Source: an uncultured delta proteobacterium (lineage in GTDB: Bacteria > Myxococcota_A > Polyangia > Fen-1088). From it: a DNA stretch of 29,709 nt. The DNA is taken from contig CAWCMR010000019.1 in the NCBI GenBank assembly GCA_963796685.1, positions 1-29,709 of the forward strand, read 5' to 3'. Under the pieces are notes generated by a model. The model searched no databases, was not told where the DNA came from, and saw only the letters and a program-made list of their open reading frames with translations. The translations under genes and the position numbers were made by a program. Below are positions 18,796 to 29,709 of this stretch, piece after piece. How positions within the stretch are numbered: the first letter of the stretch is position 1; each line of letters starts with the position of its first letter.

Positions 18796-19878
18796 ATGCC
18801 AACGCCTGGTGAGAGCACTGGTTCGAAGAACCGGCGCGGCCCCGAGAGCACGCCGTTCCTGACCGCCGGGGCACGCGTGGGGCGCTACCGGGTCGAGCAG
18901 AAGCTCGGCATCGGAGCGATGAGCGAGGTCTACCTGGCCACCGACGATTCCCTGAACCGACGCGCCGCCATCAAGGTCCTGGGCACGGGGCAGGTCAACA
19001 ATGCCACCATCACCGAGCGTTTCCTGCGCGAGGCGCGCGCCCTGGCCCGATTGTCCCATCCCAACCTGATTCCGGTGTTCGAGGCCGGGCAGACCGGCGA
19101 CCCGCCCCGGCCCTACTACGCGATGGAGTTGCTGGAAGGCGGCGACACGCAGAAGTTGCTCGACGAGCGCGGCCCGCTGCCGAGCGCCGTGGTCGCCTTG
19201 ATAGGCGCGCAAGCCGCCACCGGGCTCGGCGAGGCCGCGCACGCGGGCATCATCCACCGCGATGTCAAGCCGGCGAACTTGGGCATCTCCCGCCATGGGG
19301 TGTTGAAGGTCACGGATTTCGGTCTGGCCAAGTCCTACGCCGCCGACAAGAGCCTGACCGCGCGAGGCATGGTGGTGGGCACGGCGGACTACATCGCCCC
19401 CGAACAGGCGCGCGGCGAGGAGCTCGACGAGCGCGCCGACGTCTATTCCCTGGGTTGCACCCTGTTTCACCTCCTCACCGGCCATCCGCCATTTCGCGTC
19501 CAACAGGGACCTTCGGTGAAGGAATACCTCGAGGTCATGCGCATGCACCTCGCGGCGCCCATCCCGAATCCACGCGTGGATGCCCCGAGCGCGGACTCCG
19601 AGCTGGTCCAGGCCATCGCCGCCATGATGACGAAGGATCGGAGCAGGCGTCCGACCTTTGACGAGATCGCGCGGCAGCTCGCCCGTATCGCGGATCGGCT
19701 GGGCGGGGAACTGCCACGGGTCACGCGCCAGCTCTTCCTGGTGACCGCCGAATCGGTGGCCGCCGTCAGCGAAGTATCCGCCATCCGCGCGCCCAGGGCC
19801 CGTGCCTGGCCGCGCGTCCTCCTCTTCGCCATCATCGCCGCCGCGGCCGTCGCGCTGGCCAGGGCCTTGGGCAAATAG
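18796..19878 (+). CDS. Hanks-type Ser/Thr protein kinase with C-terminal TM anchor
   Basis: LGIGAMSEVY, AAIK, HRDVKPAN, DFGLAK, GTADYIAPE, DVYSLG; hydrophobic C-terminus. Confidence 0.95.
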   Translation: MPTPGESTGSKNRRGPESTPFLTAGARVGRYRVEQKLGIGAMSEVYLATDDSLNRRAAIKVLGTGQVNNATITERFLREARALARLSHPNLIPVFEAGQTGDPPRPYYAMELLEGGDTQKLLDERGPLPSAVVALIGAQAATGLGEAAHAGIIHRDVKPANLGISRHGVLKVTDFGLAKSYAADKSLTARGMVVGTADYIAPEQARGEELDERADVYSLGCTLFHLLTGHPPFRVQQGPSVKEYLEVMRMHLAAPIPNPRVDAPSADSELVQAIAAMMTKDRSRRPTFDEIARQLARIADRLGGELPRVTRQLFLVTAESVAAVSEVSAIRAPRARAWPRVLLFAIIAAAAVALARALGK

Positions 19879-19880
19879 CC

Positions 19881-20612
19881 GTGCGCAGGGTGGCTCTCAT
19901 TCCGGGCGGCGCGCGAGGGATCGGTCGCGCCATTGCGCAGGCGCTGGCGGAGCGCGAGTGGGACGTGGCGCTCTGTTACCGCACCAGCGAAGAAGATGCC
20001 CAGATCGCCATCAAGGCCGTCGAGGCTTGCGGTGGCTCGGCGCTGGCCGTGTGCGCGGACGTATCGCATCCGGAGGTGTGCACGGAAATGTTCGACCAGG
20101 TGCTGGCCTGGCGAGGACGCATCGACGCGCTCGTACACTGCGCCGGCCCCTTCCACCGCGTCGACCTCCTCGACGAAACCGCCGAGGGCTGGCGAGCCAT
20201 GTTTGCAAACAACCTGGACAGCCTGTTCTTCCTGTCGCGCCTGGTCGCGCCGAGCATGATGGAAAAGCGCTGGGGGCGCATCCTCGCCTTCGGCATGGCC
20301 AACGCCGATCGCATCATGGCGCAGACCCAGATCACCGCGCACTACCTGGCCAAGGTTTCGGTGCTGGGCCTGGTGCGCAGTCTGGCCAAGGCCCTGGCCC
20401 CGCACCAAATCACGGTCAATGCCATCTCCCCTGGCTTCATCGACTCGGGCTCCGCCGATTTGGCCGAGCTGGCGCAGATGGTGAAGTCCATCCCCGCCGG
20501 CAACGTCGGTTCGGTGGACGATGTCGTCGCCGCTGCGCTTTTCCTGCTGTCCGAAGAAGCCGGCTACATCAACGGCGCCAACCTCCACGTCAGCGGCGGC
20601 TGGGGGATTTAG
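19881..20612 (+). CDS. SDR family oxidoreductase (atypical HxxxK motif)
   Basis: [43 protein letters not shown]. Confidence 0.9.
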   Translation: MRRVALIPGGARGIGRAIAQALAEREWDVALCYRTSEEDAQIAIKAVEACGGSALAVCADVSHPEVCTEMFDQVLAWRGRIDALVHCAGPFHRVDLLDETAEGWRAMFANNLDSLFFLSRLVAPSMMEKRWGRILAFGMANADRIMAQTQITAHYLAKVSVLGLVRSLAKALAPHQITVNAISPGFIDSGSADLAELAQMVKSIPAGNVGSVDDVVAAALFLLSEEAGYINGANLHVSGGWGI

Positions 20613-21340
20613 TCCCCGTTCTTTCGAACGGAAATCGCCAGGCGAGCCACGCTCTTGAGCACGTGGGGCACGCGCTTGAGCAGGTTGATCGAGGGCGGCC
20701 GCTTCTCGTGCACGGCAAAGGGGATCTCGACCACCTTCTTCTTTTCGCGGTGGGCGCGGATGACGAACTCGCTGGCGAAGACGTCGCGGTCGAGCACACA
20801 GCGCTTGGCGGTTTCGAGCAGCGCGTCGCGCTTGAAGGCCTTGAGCCCGTGCGTGTCGGTCCCGCGGTAGTGGCAGACGGCGCGCAGAAGGCCGTTGTAG
20901 ACCTGCGTCCCCAGCCGGCGCACCATGGGCCGCTGATCGTTCGAGCCCACCATGGCCTTCGAGCCGACCACGAACTCGGTGTCGGTGCGTTCGAGCAGGG
21001 CCAGGGCGCGCGCGTAGAACTCCGTGTCGCACAGATCGATCTCGTCGCAGATGACGATCCTGCCCCGCGCTTCCAGGATGCCGGTCTTCATGGCCAGGCC
21101 GTAGTTGGGCTGGCCGACGGAGAGCATGCGCACCACCGGATACTCCGCTTCCAGCTCCTTGCCGATCTCGACGGTGCGGTCGCGCGAGCCGTTCTCGCAC
21201 AGAAGCAGCTCGTAGCTGAAGCCGAAGGGCCGCAGCTTTTCACGCAATTCCAGGACCGAGCCACGCAGGATTCCTTCCTCGTTGTAGATGGGGATGACGA
21301 TGGAAACGTCGGGGTTCGGATTGGCGTCGGCTTGGCTCAC
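20609..21340 (-). CDS. GT2 glycosyltransferase, polyprenol-phosphate glycosyltransferase-like
   Basis: [44 protein letters not shown] 21340 overlaps the upstream TGA. Confidence 0.9.
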   Translation of the reverse strand: MSQADANPNPDVSIVIPIYNEEGILRGSVLELREKLRPFGFSYELLLCENGSRDRTVEIGKELEAEYPVVRMLSVGQPNYGLAMKTGILEARGRIVICDEIDLCDTEFYARALALLERTDTEFVVGSKAMVGSNDQRPMVRRLGTQVYNGLLRAVCHYRGTDTHGLKAFKRDALLETAKRCVLDRDVFASEFVIRAHREKKKVVEIPFAVHEKRPPSINLLKRVPHVLKSVARLAISVRKNGD

Positions 21341-22662
21341 GGCTGGGATTCTCCGATCTTGGCTGCGATGGTGGCGGCGACCTCGCGGCCGGCGATGAGG
21401 CAGTCCTCCATCGCGTTGTAGGTCCACGAGCCATAGCGGCCGCGCGGATAGATGGCGTGGGATTCGAGAAACGCGAAGATGGCGCTGGTGGCGGCGTAGT
21501 AGTGGTCGTCGAAGACCACGTAGGCGTAATCAATCTCGCGCGCGTCGGCGAACAGCACGTCGTCGGGGGAGGCGATGGCCCCCATGGCGAAAAGCCCCTG
21601 GGCCGATTCACGTACACTGGCCTCGCCGACCGGACCGCGATCGGCCAGCTCGACGTAGAAGGAGCCGCCGCCGGGCGGCGCCATGCTGGACACGGCGTTG
21701 CTGAAGATGCCCACGCGGTAGAATGGGTAGCGCTTCTCGGGCACGTACACCCAATGCCAGTCCGCTGGCGGTTTCGAACGGGTTGCCAGATCCAGATAGC
21801 GAAGGGTGGTGCAGCGCAACCGGCTGGCGTGCTCCTCGATATCCTTGGGCAGCCCGGGCATGCGTTTGAGCAGCTCGGGCAGGGGCAAGGTCGCCACCAC
21901 CGCGGAGTAAGGCACGCGCTCGCCGCCCACGACGAGCTCGCGGCGCTGGAAATCCAGGGTGTCGAGGCTGGCTGAGGTGCGCACACGGGTCGGATCCAGG
22001 CGCGCAGCCAACGCGGCGGCGAAAGTCTGGATGCCGCCCTGCTTGGGATACATGAAGGTGGCGTTGTAACCCAAAGCGCCTGCGTTCGCGCCCACGGCGC
22101 CCGCCACCACCTGTTCCAGGTTGGGCAAGGGTACGAAGCGAGAACACCACGCGGCGGTGATCTCGCGCGGCGGCACGCCCCACAACCTTTCGTTGTAGGG
22201 AATCATGAAGTGCTTGGAGATGCCGGCTCCGAAGTGGCGCAAGCAGTATTCCTCGAAGTTCTTGGGCCCGCTGGCGCCGGGCGGCTGCAGCTTGGCTTCG
22301 ATCACGCCGAGCAGGCACTCCTTGACCACCTCGGGCGGCAGCCCGTAGAGATTCGCCTGGAAGGGATAGAGCGTGGTGGCGCCATGCGAGAAGATGCGCG
22401 CCTTGCGCTCCACTTGTACCATTTTGTCGGGCAGGACCTCGGCCACCAGCTTCTTCATACCCGCGTCGCGCAGGTGCAACCAGTGGCCGGTCCGGTCGAA
22501 GCGGTAACCCTCGCGTTCGCGGGTGACGGCCAGACCGCCAAGGTTGCGCTCGCGCTCGAACAGCACCCATGGCTGGCGCAAGTGAAGGGCGGCGGAAATT
22601 CCGGTCAAACCACCGCCCAAAATGACGACGCTGCGGGCCGGTATTGGCTCTGGGTGGTTCAA
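21337..22662 (-). CDS. FAD-dependent oxidoreductase, UDP-galactopyranose mutase/HemY-like
   Basis: [61 protein letters not shown]; TTG start with GAGGT SD. Confidence 0.8.
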   Translation of the reverse strand: MNHPEPIPARSVVILGGGLTGISAALHLRQPWVLFERERNLGGLAVTREREGYRFDRTGHWLHLRDAGMKKLVAEVLPDKMVQVERKARIFSHGATTLYPFQANLYGLPPEVVKECLLGVIEAKLQPPGASGPKNFEEYCLRHFGAGISKHFMIPYNERLWGVPPREITAAWCSRFVPLPNLEQVVAGAVGANAGALGYNATFMYPKQGGIQTFAAALAARLDPTRVRTSASLDTLDFQRRELVVGGERVPYSAVVATLPLPELLKRMPGLPKDIEEHASRLRCTTLRYLDLATRSKPPADWHWVYVPEKRYPFYRVGIFSNAVSSMAPPGGGSFYVELADRGPVGEASVRESAQGLFAMGAIASPDDVLFADAREIDYAYVVFDDHYYAATSAIFAFLESHAIYPRGRYGSWTYNAMEDCLIAGREVAATIAAKIGESQP

Positions 22663-22725
22663 ACAAATACCTCGAAATCTCGATTGCCTATCACGCGGGG
22701 CGAAGGAAAGCCAAGCGCCGAGTTC

Positions 22726-23283
22726 CTAAGAGGTGGGCAAGCTCGCCAGGAAGGACTCCCCGCAACCCTTGAACTGGGCGATGCCGCTCTTGTCGATGCG
22801 CACGGGCAGCAGGGCGCGGCCCTTGACGATGGCGACCACGATGAAAACCACGATGGCGAGAAATGCGAAAAGGCTCAGGACGACCATGTCGAGGGCGATT
22901 GCGACAAAGACCAGGACCAGGGAAAGGAACATCCCTGCAACGCCCGTGAGAATGGCGCGCCTACGTCTACGCCTGTGGTTCGGGCAGAGGCCGAAGGTGA
23001 GGTCGGCATGGCGCCGCACGATCATGGAGACCACCAGGTAGATGAAGACGTTGGCGAGCAACAGCACGAACCATGCCTGATGGTGCCAATAGAATCGTTG
23101 CTTCTTCAGGGACTCTTGCACCTCGCCGTTGCATTTCACGCAGCGGGCCGGCAGCCTCGCGCCATCACGGGTCATGAGAATCTGGCCCGAACGCCAATAC
23201 TCGCCGCGCGCGGCATACGAACCACCGACCCCGGCGTTCACATCCGCCCGTGGCGCCGCGTATGGATTCGTCTCGTTTGGCAT
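22726..23283 (-). CDS. Hypothetical membrane protein with NPYAAP motif and Cys/His putative Zn site
   Basis: MPNETNPYAAP, LPARCVKCN, LCPNH, three TM segments. Start 23283 sits 7 nt after TG-T-TATCGT. Confidence 0.8.
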   Translation of the reverse strand: MPNETNPYAAPRADVNAGVGGSYAARGEYWRSGQILMTRDGARLPARCVKCNGEVQESLKKQRFYWHHQAWFVLLLANVFIYLVVSMIVRRHADLTFGLCPNHRRRRRRAILTGVAGMFLSLVLVFVAIALDMVVLSLFAFLAIVVFIVVAIVKGRALLPVRIDKSGIAQFKGCGESFLASLPTS

Positions 23284-23425
23284 GACCAAGACGATAACAC
23301 GAACCGCAAAGCCGATGGACGACAAGGGGAAGCCGTGGGCTGCATGGGGTCATCCATGCAACCCACGGCTCACCGGGCACTGACTGCTTCGAGGAGAGAT
23401 TTGGGCTGGGACCAACCCTGCCAGG

Positions 23426-23520
23426 CTAGGGCAGGTGGATCCGCGTGCTCGAGTCGTGGCAACTATTGCAGTCGCCGCTCGTGATGGTACTCGGCATGGC
23501 AGAGGTCTTCGTCTGCAGGC
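23426..23520 (-). pseudogene. Orphan C-terminal fragment carrying a CxxCH heme-c motif
   Basis: LQTKTSAMPSTITSGDCNSCHDSSTRIHLP-TAG in host-like codons; upstream 23521-23610 is AT-rich (35/90 GC) and not coding-like. Confidence 0.5.
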
Positions 23521-23801
23521 AGATTATTTCAGAATTGCGGAGTCCTTTTTCCTTATTGTATCCAGCATCGGCTATTTTGCCACTGCAATCACATGTGGAT
23601 ATAAATCGGACACCTTCGCTCGCCATTCGCCCGCCGTCGCGACCAAGGTCGCCCGCTCGGGGGGCAAAGGTCCGCCGGGCTTGGCCGCCCCCTCGCGACT
23701 TGCCTGGGGCCCACAGGAAAGGGCGGAGCAATTCGCGTGCAATTGCCGCCAAGTTCGGACAAACTCGACGCGGCAAGGGACAGGCAAGAAAGGAAGTACC
23801 C

Positions 23802-24656
23802 ATGCCGATCCGCCGATTGCGCGCAGACACCGTGATGCTCGACAGCAGGGCCAAGCGCCTCTGCTTCGTCCTGCTCGCCGCGTTTGGGCCACAGGTCCTT
23901 GCATGTGCGAGCGCGAAGGTCGGCGTCCCGGCCGCAGGCACCGACAGCGGGACTGGCGACGCCGGATCGCCGACGGGTGGCAAGGACGGCTCCGGTGGCA
24001 AGAATGACGGGGCCGCTTCCGACGCGTCCTATGGCCCGTGCGATCCGTTCACGGGCTCGGGTTGTTCGGGTGGCCAGAAATGCACGGCCCTGCAAAATGA
24101 AAACGAGCTGAACCTGAGCTGCGGAAGCAAGGGCAGCAAGAACGAGGGAGATACGTGCACCCCCGACTCGACCGGAGGCACGCAAACCGGCGACGATTGC
24201 GGCGACCTGTTGGCTTGTTTCAGGGTGAACCCCGATCCCATCTATACCTGCCACCGCATCTGCCCGACCACCGGCAATGCCAATGCTTGTCCGGGAAGCG
24301 AAACCTGCAGCCTGGTGGTCAGCGGGCTGAACGGGCTTGCTTTCTGCCAACCCACCACATCGTGCCAGCCGCTCGAACAGACCGGCTGTCCATCGGACCA
24401 AGCTTGCTACTACGGCATCAAGGGCGCGGTTTGCGCGCCGATCGGATTTGCGCAGCCTGGCGAGACCTGCGTCAATGCCAACGATTGCACCCAAGGCAGC
24501 ACCTGCCTGACCGTCGGCTCGACGGGCACCTGCTCGGCCTTCTGTTCGACCGCGGACGGAGGAACGCCAAGTTGCTCGGGAGCGAGCACCGGCGGAACGA
24601 TCTGCTCGGCCTTGGGTGGCGAGACCAATCTCGGCAGTTGCCGGGTTCAGCCCTAG
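23802..24656 (+). CDS. Cys-rich lipoprotein with two tandem 12-Cys modules
   Basis: Lipobox VLA-C, D/G linker, modules begin CDPFTGSGC and CQPLEQTGC. Start 23802 or 23835. Confidence 0.85.
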   Translation: MPIRRLRADTVMLDSRAKRLCFVLLAAFGPQVLACASAKVGVPAAGTDSGTGDAGSPTGGKDGSGGKNDGAASDASYGPCDPFTGSGCSGGQKCTALQNENELNLSCGSKGSKNEGDTCTPDSTGGTQTGDDCGDLLACFRVNPDPIYTCHRICPTTGNANACPGSETCSLVVSGLNGLAFCQPTTSCQPLEQTGCPSDQACYYGIKGAVCAPIGFAQPGETCVNANDCTQGSTCLTVGSTGTCSAFCSTADGGTPSCSGASTGGTICSALGGETNLGSCRVQP

Positions 24657-24699
24657 CCAATTCCGGTCCTCTTCGGGCTCCCATCCGGGCTCGCGCTGA

Positions 24700-24708
24700 T
24701 GCTATGTT
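24700..24708 (+). promoter_or_regulatory. Putative extended -10 promoter giving a leaderless thrC transcript
   Basis: TG-C-TATGTT then 6 nt then ATG 24715; no SD. Confidence 0.6.
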
Positions 24709-24714
24709 GCGACC

Positions 24715-26055
<1,341 letters not shown>

Positions 26056-26131
26056 CGGCAGAGGCAGTCTTTGCGCCGACGCCCGCGATTTTGTAGATTG
26101 CACGGCTCAACCAAGAAAGCTGGGCACCATC

Positions 26132-27699
26132 ATGCAGATCGCACTCTTCGATACGACGCTTCGGGACGGAACCCAAAGCGAGGGGCTCTCCCTCTCGGTC
26201 GAGGACAAGATCAAGATTGCCCGGCTGCTCGACGGCTTCGGCATCCACTACGTCGAGGGCGGCTATCCGGGCTCGAATCCCAAGGACGTGGAGTTCTTTC
26301 GCCGCGCGCCCAGCTCGGCCTCAAGCAGGCCAAGCTGACCGCCTTCGGCAGTACGCGCCACGCGAAAAAGGCGGCGGCCGACGACGAGAACATGCAAGCC
26401 CTGGTGGCGGCCGGCACGCCGGCGGTGTCCATCTTCGGCAAGACCTGGCTTTTGCACGTAACCCACGTGCTCGGCACCACGGCCGAGAACAACCTGGCCA
26501 TGATCGCCGACAGCGTGGCTTTTCTCAAGAAGAACGGCAAGGAGGTCATCTTCGACGCCGAGCACTTCTTCGACGGGTTCCGCGCCGACCGCGAGTACGC
26601 GCTGGCGGCCGCGCGCGCGGCGGCCGACGCCGGCGCGGACTGGCTTGCCTTGTGCGACACCAACGGTGGCAGCCTGCCCAGCTTCATCGCCGAGGCTATC
26701 CGCGAGTTGAAGAAGGTCACCAAGACCGCCATCGGCATCCACACCCACAACGACGGCGACATGGCAGTCGCGAATGCCCTGGCCGCGGTCGAGGCCGGCG
26801 CCACCATGGTGCAAGGCACGCTCAACGGCTGGGGCGAACGCTGTGGCAACGCGAACCTCATCTCGGTGATCCCGGCCCTGCAGCTCAAGATGGGCCACAC
26901 CTGCGTCCCCGAGGGTAACCTCAAGCGCCTGACCGAGCTGTCGCGCACGGCCAGCGAGCTGGCCAACATCCGCCCGCGCGCCCACGCGCCCTACGTCGGC
27001 GCGTCCGCCTTCGCCCACAAGGGCGGCGCCCACGTGGCCGCGGTGGAAAAGCTGGCCGCCTCCTACGAGCACGTCACCCCAGAATCCGTCGGCAACCAGC
27101 GCAAGGTCGTGGTGTCCGAGCTCTCCGGTCGGGGCAACGTGCGCATGGTGTCGCGCGATCTGGGCGTGGACATGCGCGGCTACGAGCCCGCCTTGCTCGC
27201 GCGCGTGAAAGAGCTCGAAAACCAGGGTTACCAGTTCGAGGCGGCCGAGGGCTCGTTCGAGCTGATGGTCCGCCGCGCGCAGCCCGGCTACGCCGAGCCC
27301 TTCGAGGTGCTGGACCTGGTGGTGATCTCCGAGCAGCGACAGGGAAGCAACATGTTCGTGGAGGCCACGGTCAAGCTGAAGGTCGGCGACGAGGTTTCCC
27401 ACGTGGTCGCTGAAGGCGCCGGCCCGGTGGACGCCATGGATCACGCCTTTCACAAGGCGCTGGACCCGCACTTCCCGCTGCTGCGCGAGGTCCACTTGAC
27501 CGACTTCAAGGTGCGCATCCTCGATCCCGAGGCGGCCACCGCGGCCAAGACCCGCGTGCTCGTCGAGTCGCGCATGCACGGCGAGAGCTGGAGCACCATC
27601 GGGGTGTCGCAGAACATGATCGAGGCGAGCTGCGAAGCCCTGCGCGATGCCCTCGAGCTGCCGCTGATTCGCGCGGCCAGGGTTTCGGTGCAGTCGTAG
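26132..27699 (+). CDS. cimA: Citramalate synthase (1-nt frameshift near 26311)
   Basis: [27 protein letters not shown]; after the shift [38 protein letters not shown], LeuA-type regulatory domain. Confidence 0.9.
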
Positions 27700-27744
27700 C
27701 CCGGCCGGCCACACCGGCAACCGCGACGCTTCGCAGAACACCCG

Positions 27745-28929
27745 TTGGCTGATACACTTCAGCCACCCATGCCCTCACTCGCTCGTCGGGAATCCTCTGG
27801 TCTGGCGCGTAGTCGCCCGGGGTTGGTCGCCCTATTTCTCGCGCTGGTCGTGTCACGTCCATCGCGGGCGCAGCCCTCCGAGAGGAAGCCGCAAGGCGAG
27901 CCGGCGACGGCCGCGAGCCCCGCAATGCCGCCACCGAGCAATGCCACCCGGCAGCCCGACCAAAACACGACACCCCCGTCACCGGCCGGCCCGCCGCCGT
28001 CCTACTATCCGCCGCCAGGGTATTACCCACCACCCGGGTACTACCCAGCACCCGGTTACTACCCACCACCCGCGTACTACCCACAGCCAGGGTACTACCC
28101 ACCACCCGGGTACTATCCAGCGCCCGGGTACAACCCACCCATGGTTCCAGCTTCGCCGGCGCCGTCCGTGCCACCGACTCCGCCGCGCTTCACCTATGGG
28201 GCTACGCTGGGCACGACTGCCGAAAGCGAGCCCGGTTCGACGTCCGTGGTGCTTTCGCCCTTGCTCGAAGGCGCCTACGCGCTCTCCCCTTCCTATCTTC
28301 TCGACGTCGCTTGGGGCTTCGGCTGGCTGGTGGACAACCAGGGCCTCGGCGAATCCACCGCGCGGGTGGGCAACCCCATGGTGTCGGGCCTTTATCGCAC
28401 GCGCGTCGAGGCCTGGCGCGTGCGAGCAGGGGTGGGCATCACGGCGCCGCTCGCGCATCAGCCCCTCAAGATGAACGGGCGACTGTATGCCTTCCTATTC
28501 AACCAAACCATGGCCATGAATGGCATGTGGAACCTTTGGCTGTGGGCGCCGGATCGCATGGCGGTGCCATTGAACGCACGGGTGGACTATGTCTTCGCCA
28601 CGGGATTCGCCCTCGCCGCCGAGGGCTCGGTCGCGACCGTCATCGGCGTGCGCAACGGCGCAAGTGGAACCGATGTGCTCGGCCAAGTCGCGCTCAAGGC
28701 GCGCCTGCCCATCGGCGCCAGCTTCGCGCTGTGCCCGCGCCTGCAGACGGTGCTCCTGCCCAAGACCAGCGTCGATCGCCTGCAAAGCGCCTTCGTGCTG
28801 CGCGCAGCCCTGCAGACCCGGTACGGCCGGTACTTCGCGGACGTCCTCTTCAACCTCGACGAGCCGCTCGGCGTTTTCGGTGGACTCAATCGCTGGGGGA
28901 TTCACCTCGGCAAGGAGATGGACCTATGA
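27745..28929 (+). CDS. Exported hypothetical protein: signal peptide, Pro/Tyr repeats, predicted beta-strand-rich C-terminal domain
   Basis: Hydrophobic leader ending SRA-Q, YYPPPG repeats, alternating-hydrophobic strands. Start may be ATG 27769. Confidence 0.8.
   Translation: MADTLQPPMPSLARRESSGLARSRPGLVALFLALVVSRPSRAQPSERKPQGEPATAASPAMPPPSNATRQPDQNTTPPSPAGPPPSYYPPPGYYPPPGYYPAPGYYPPPAYYPQPGYYPPPGYYPAPGYNPPMVPASPAPSVPPTPPRFTYGATLGTTAESEPGSTSVVLSPLLEGAYALSPSYLLDVAWGFGWLVDNQGLGESTARVGNPMVSGLYRTRVEAWRVRAGVGITAPLAHQPLKMNGRLYAFLFNQTMAMNGMWNLWLWAPDRMAVPLNARVDYVFATGFALAAEGSVATVIGVRNGASGTDVLGQVALKARLPIGASFALCPRLQTVLLPKTSVDRLQSAFVLRAALQTRYGRYFADVLFNLDEPLGVFGGLNRWGIHLGKEMDL
28003..28140 (+). repeat. 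18-bp coding tandem repeat, 7 full copies plus a partial (YYPxPG)
   Basis: TACTACCCACCACCCGGG-like units from 28003. Confidence 0.92.
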
Positions 28930-29709
28930 AGCGCCACCCTCGCCGGCCCGGCCTGCCCTGCCTCGCCCTGCTCGCCGCGAGCACCGGGCTTGCCTGCTCC
29001 CAGCCCAGCCTCACGACGTGCGACATTACCCAGCGCTCGTGCCAGCAAGAGATCTACTACAAGGTCCTGAGCCTGCGTGGCGACGCGACCAATCCCTTCG
29101 ATGGCCTGCCGCCCGTGACCGTCATTTCGGAAAACGACTACCGAACCATCCTCGAAAAGGAACAAGCGGACCAGGCGAAAGCAGGCCCCAACCCGTGGGA
29201 CAAGGCGCTGCTGCTCCTGCATTTCACGACGGCCGCCGGGGCATCGGCCGACGGCGGGGCGAGCGCAGATGGCGGCACGAGCAACTCGACCATCGACGAC
29301 CAGGTCACGCACGTCTACGCCTATTACGACCCGCCGACCAAGACCGTGACCATCGTCTCCCATCCCAACCAAACCAGCAGTGACGACCGGCAGCAGGCCA
29401 TGATCACGCTCGCGCACGAGCTCGTTCACTCGCTTCAAGACCGGGAGCTCGATCTCGGCAAGCAGGATTTCACGACCTCCGACGGGTACCTCGCGTGGGA
29501 TTCCATGATCGAGGGCGATGCCCGCTTCTACGAGTATTTGTTCGAGAACGGACTGCTGGCGCTCGGTTACCCCCAGTCGGCCATGGTCGAGATGCCGAAC
29601 TACGAGCTCAACTACGTCTACTCGCATTTCGATCAGGCCGGCGCTCCCATGTTCGCCGCCAAGTTGCTGGTCTATGGGCTTGGAGCGAAGTACCTGGCCA
29701 CGGCCTATG
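28926..29709 (+). CDS. Lipoprotein zinc metallopeptidase (gluzincin-like), partial, runs off the window; absent from the ORF track
   Basis: ATG 28926 overlaps the upstream TGA; MKRHPRRPGLPCLALLAASTGLA-C lipobox; AYYDP; LAHELVHSLQD (HEXXH 29415-29429); IEGDA (EGDA at 29511-29522). Confidence 0.88.
   Translation, partial: MKRHPRRPGLPCLALLAASTGLACSQPSLTTCDITQRSCQQEIYYKVLSLRGDATNPFDGLPPVTVISENDYRTILEKEQADQAKAGPNPWDKALLLLHFTTAAGASADGGASADGGTSNSTIDDQVTHVYAYYDPPTKTVTIVSHPNQTSSDDRQQAMITLAHELVHSLQDRELDLGKQDFTTSDGYLAWDSMIEGDARFYEYLFENGLLALGYPQSAMVEMPNYELNYVYSHFDQAGAPMFAAKLLVYGLGAKYLATAY

Noticed and set aside
23728-23746. Sigma54 promoter (minus strand TTGCACGCGAATTGC)
   Set aside because: Lacks the invariant GG at -24. 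May just be a GCAATT-N7-AATTGC palindrome.
28003-28140. Non-coding or CRISPR-like repeat
   Set aside because: In-frame 18-bp units without spacers, varying mostly at synonymous sites and one residue position; a protein repeat.

Overview
GC-rich bacterial DNA. Gene content (lipobox proteins with Gly/Thr/Asp-rich linkers, Cys-rich lipoproteins, a Hanks-type kinase, a split F0 operon) suggests Myxococcota or a related deltaproteobacterial lineage; this is inferred. Layout: (1) 1-6000 is accessory: structured 51-bp direct repeats, a decayed Rhs gene joined to a low-GC frameshifted immunity-like fragment, two lipoproteins (one an alpha/beta hydrolase) and an MDR oxidoreductase. (2) 6000-10600 is a minus-strand run: trxB, cNMP protein, atpZ-atpI-atpB-atpE, ychF. 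(3) A small membrane protein and an ArnT/PMT-like GT-C, then prs-rplY-pth-rpsF-rpsR-rplI-dnaB, a Ser/Thr kinase and an SDR. (4) Minus-strand FAD oxidoreductase (UGM/HemY-like) plus GT2, a membrane protein, and an orphan CxxCH fragment. (5) Cys-rich lipoprotein, thrC, cimA, a YYPPPG-repeat exported protein and a HEXXH lipoprotein running off the end. prs, rplY, dnaB and cimA each carry a 1-nt frameshift, most likely sequencing errors; three share a CCC-AG context. Five genes look leaderless. No CRISPR array, tRNA, rRNA or intact mobile element was seen. I found no clearly complete novel system. The best leads are the repeat/Rhs/immunity relic, the leaderless promoters, and the possible furanose lipid-glycosylation genes.
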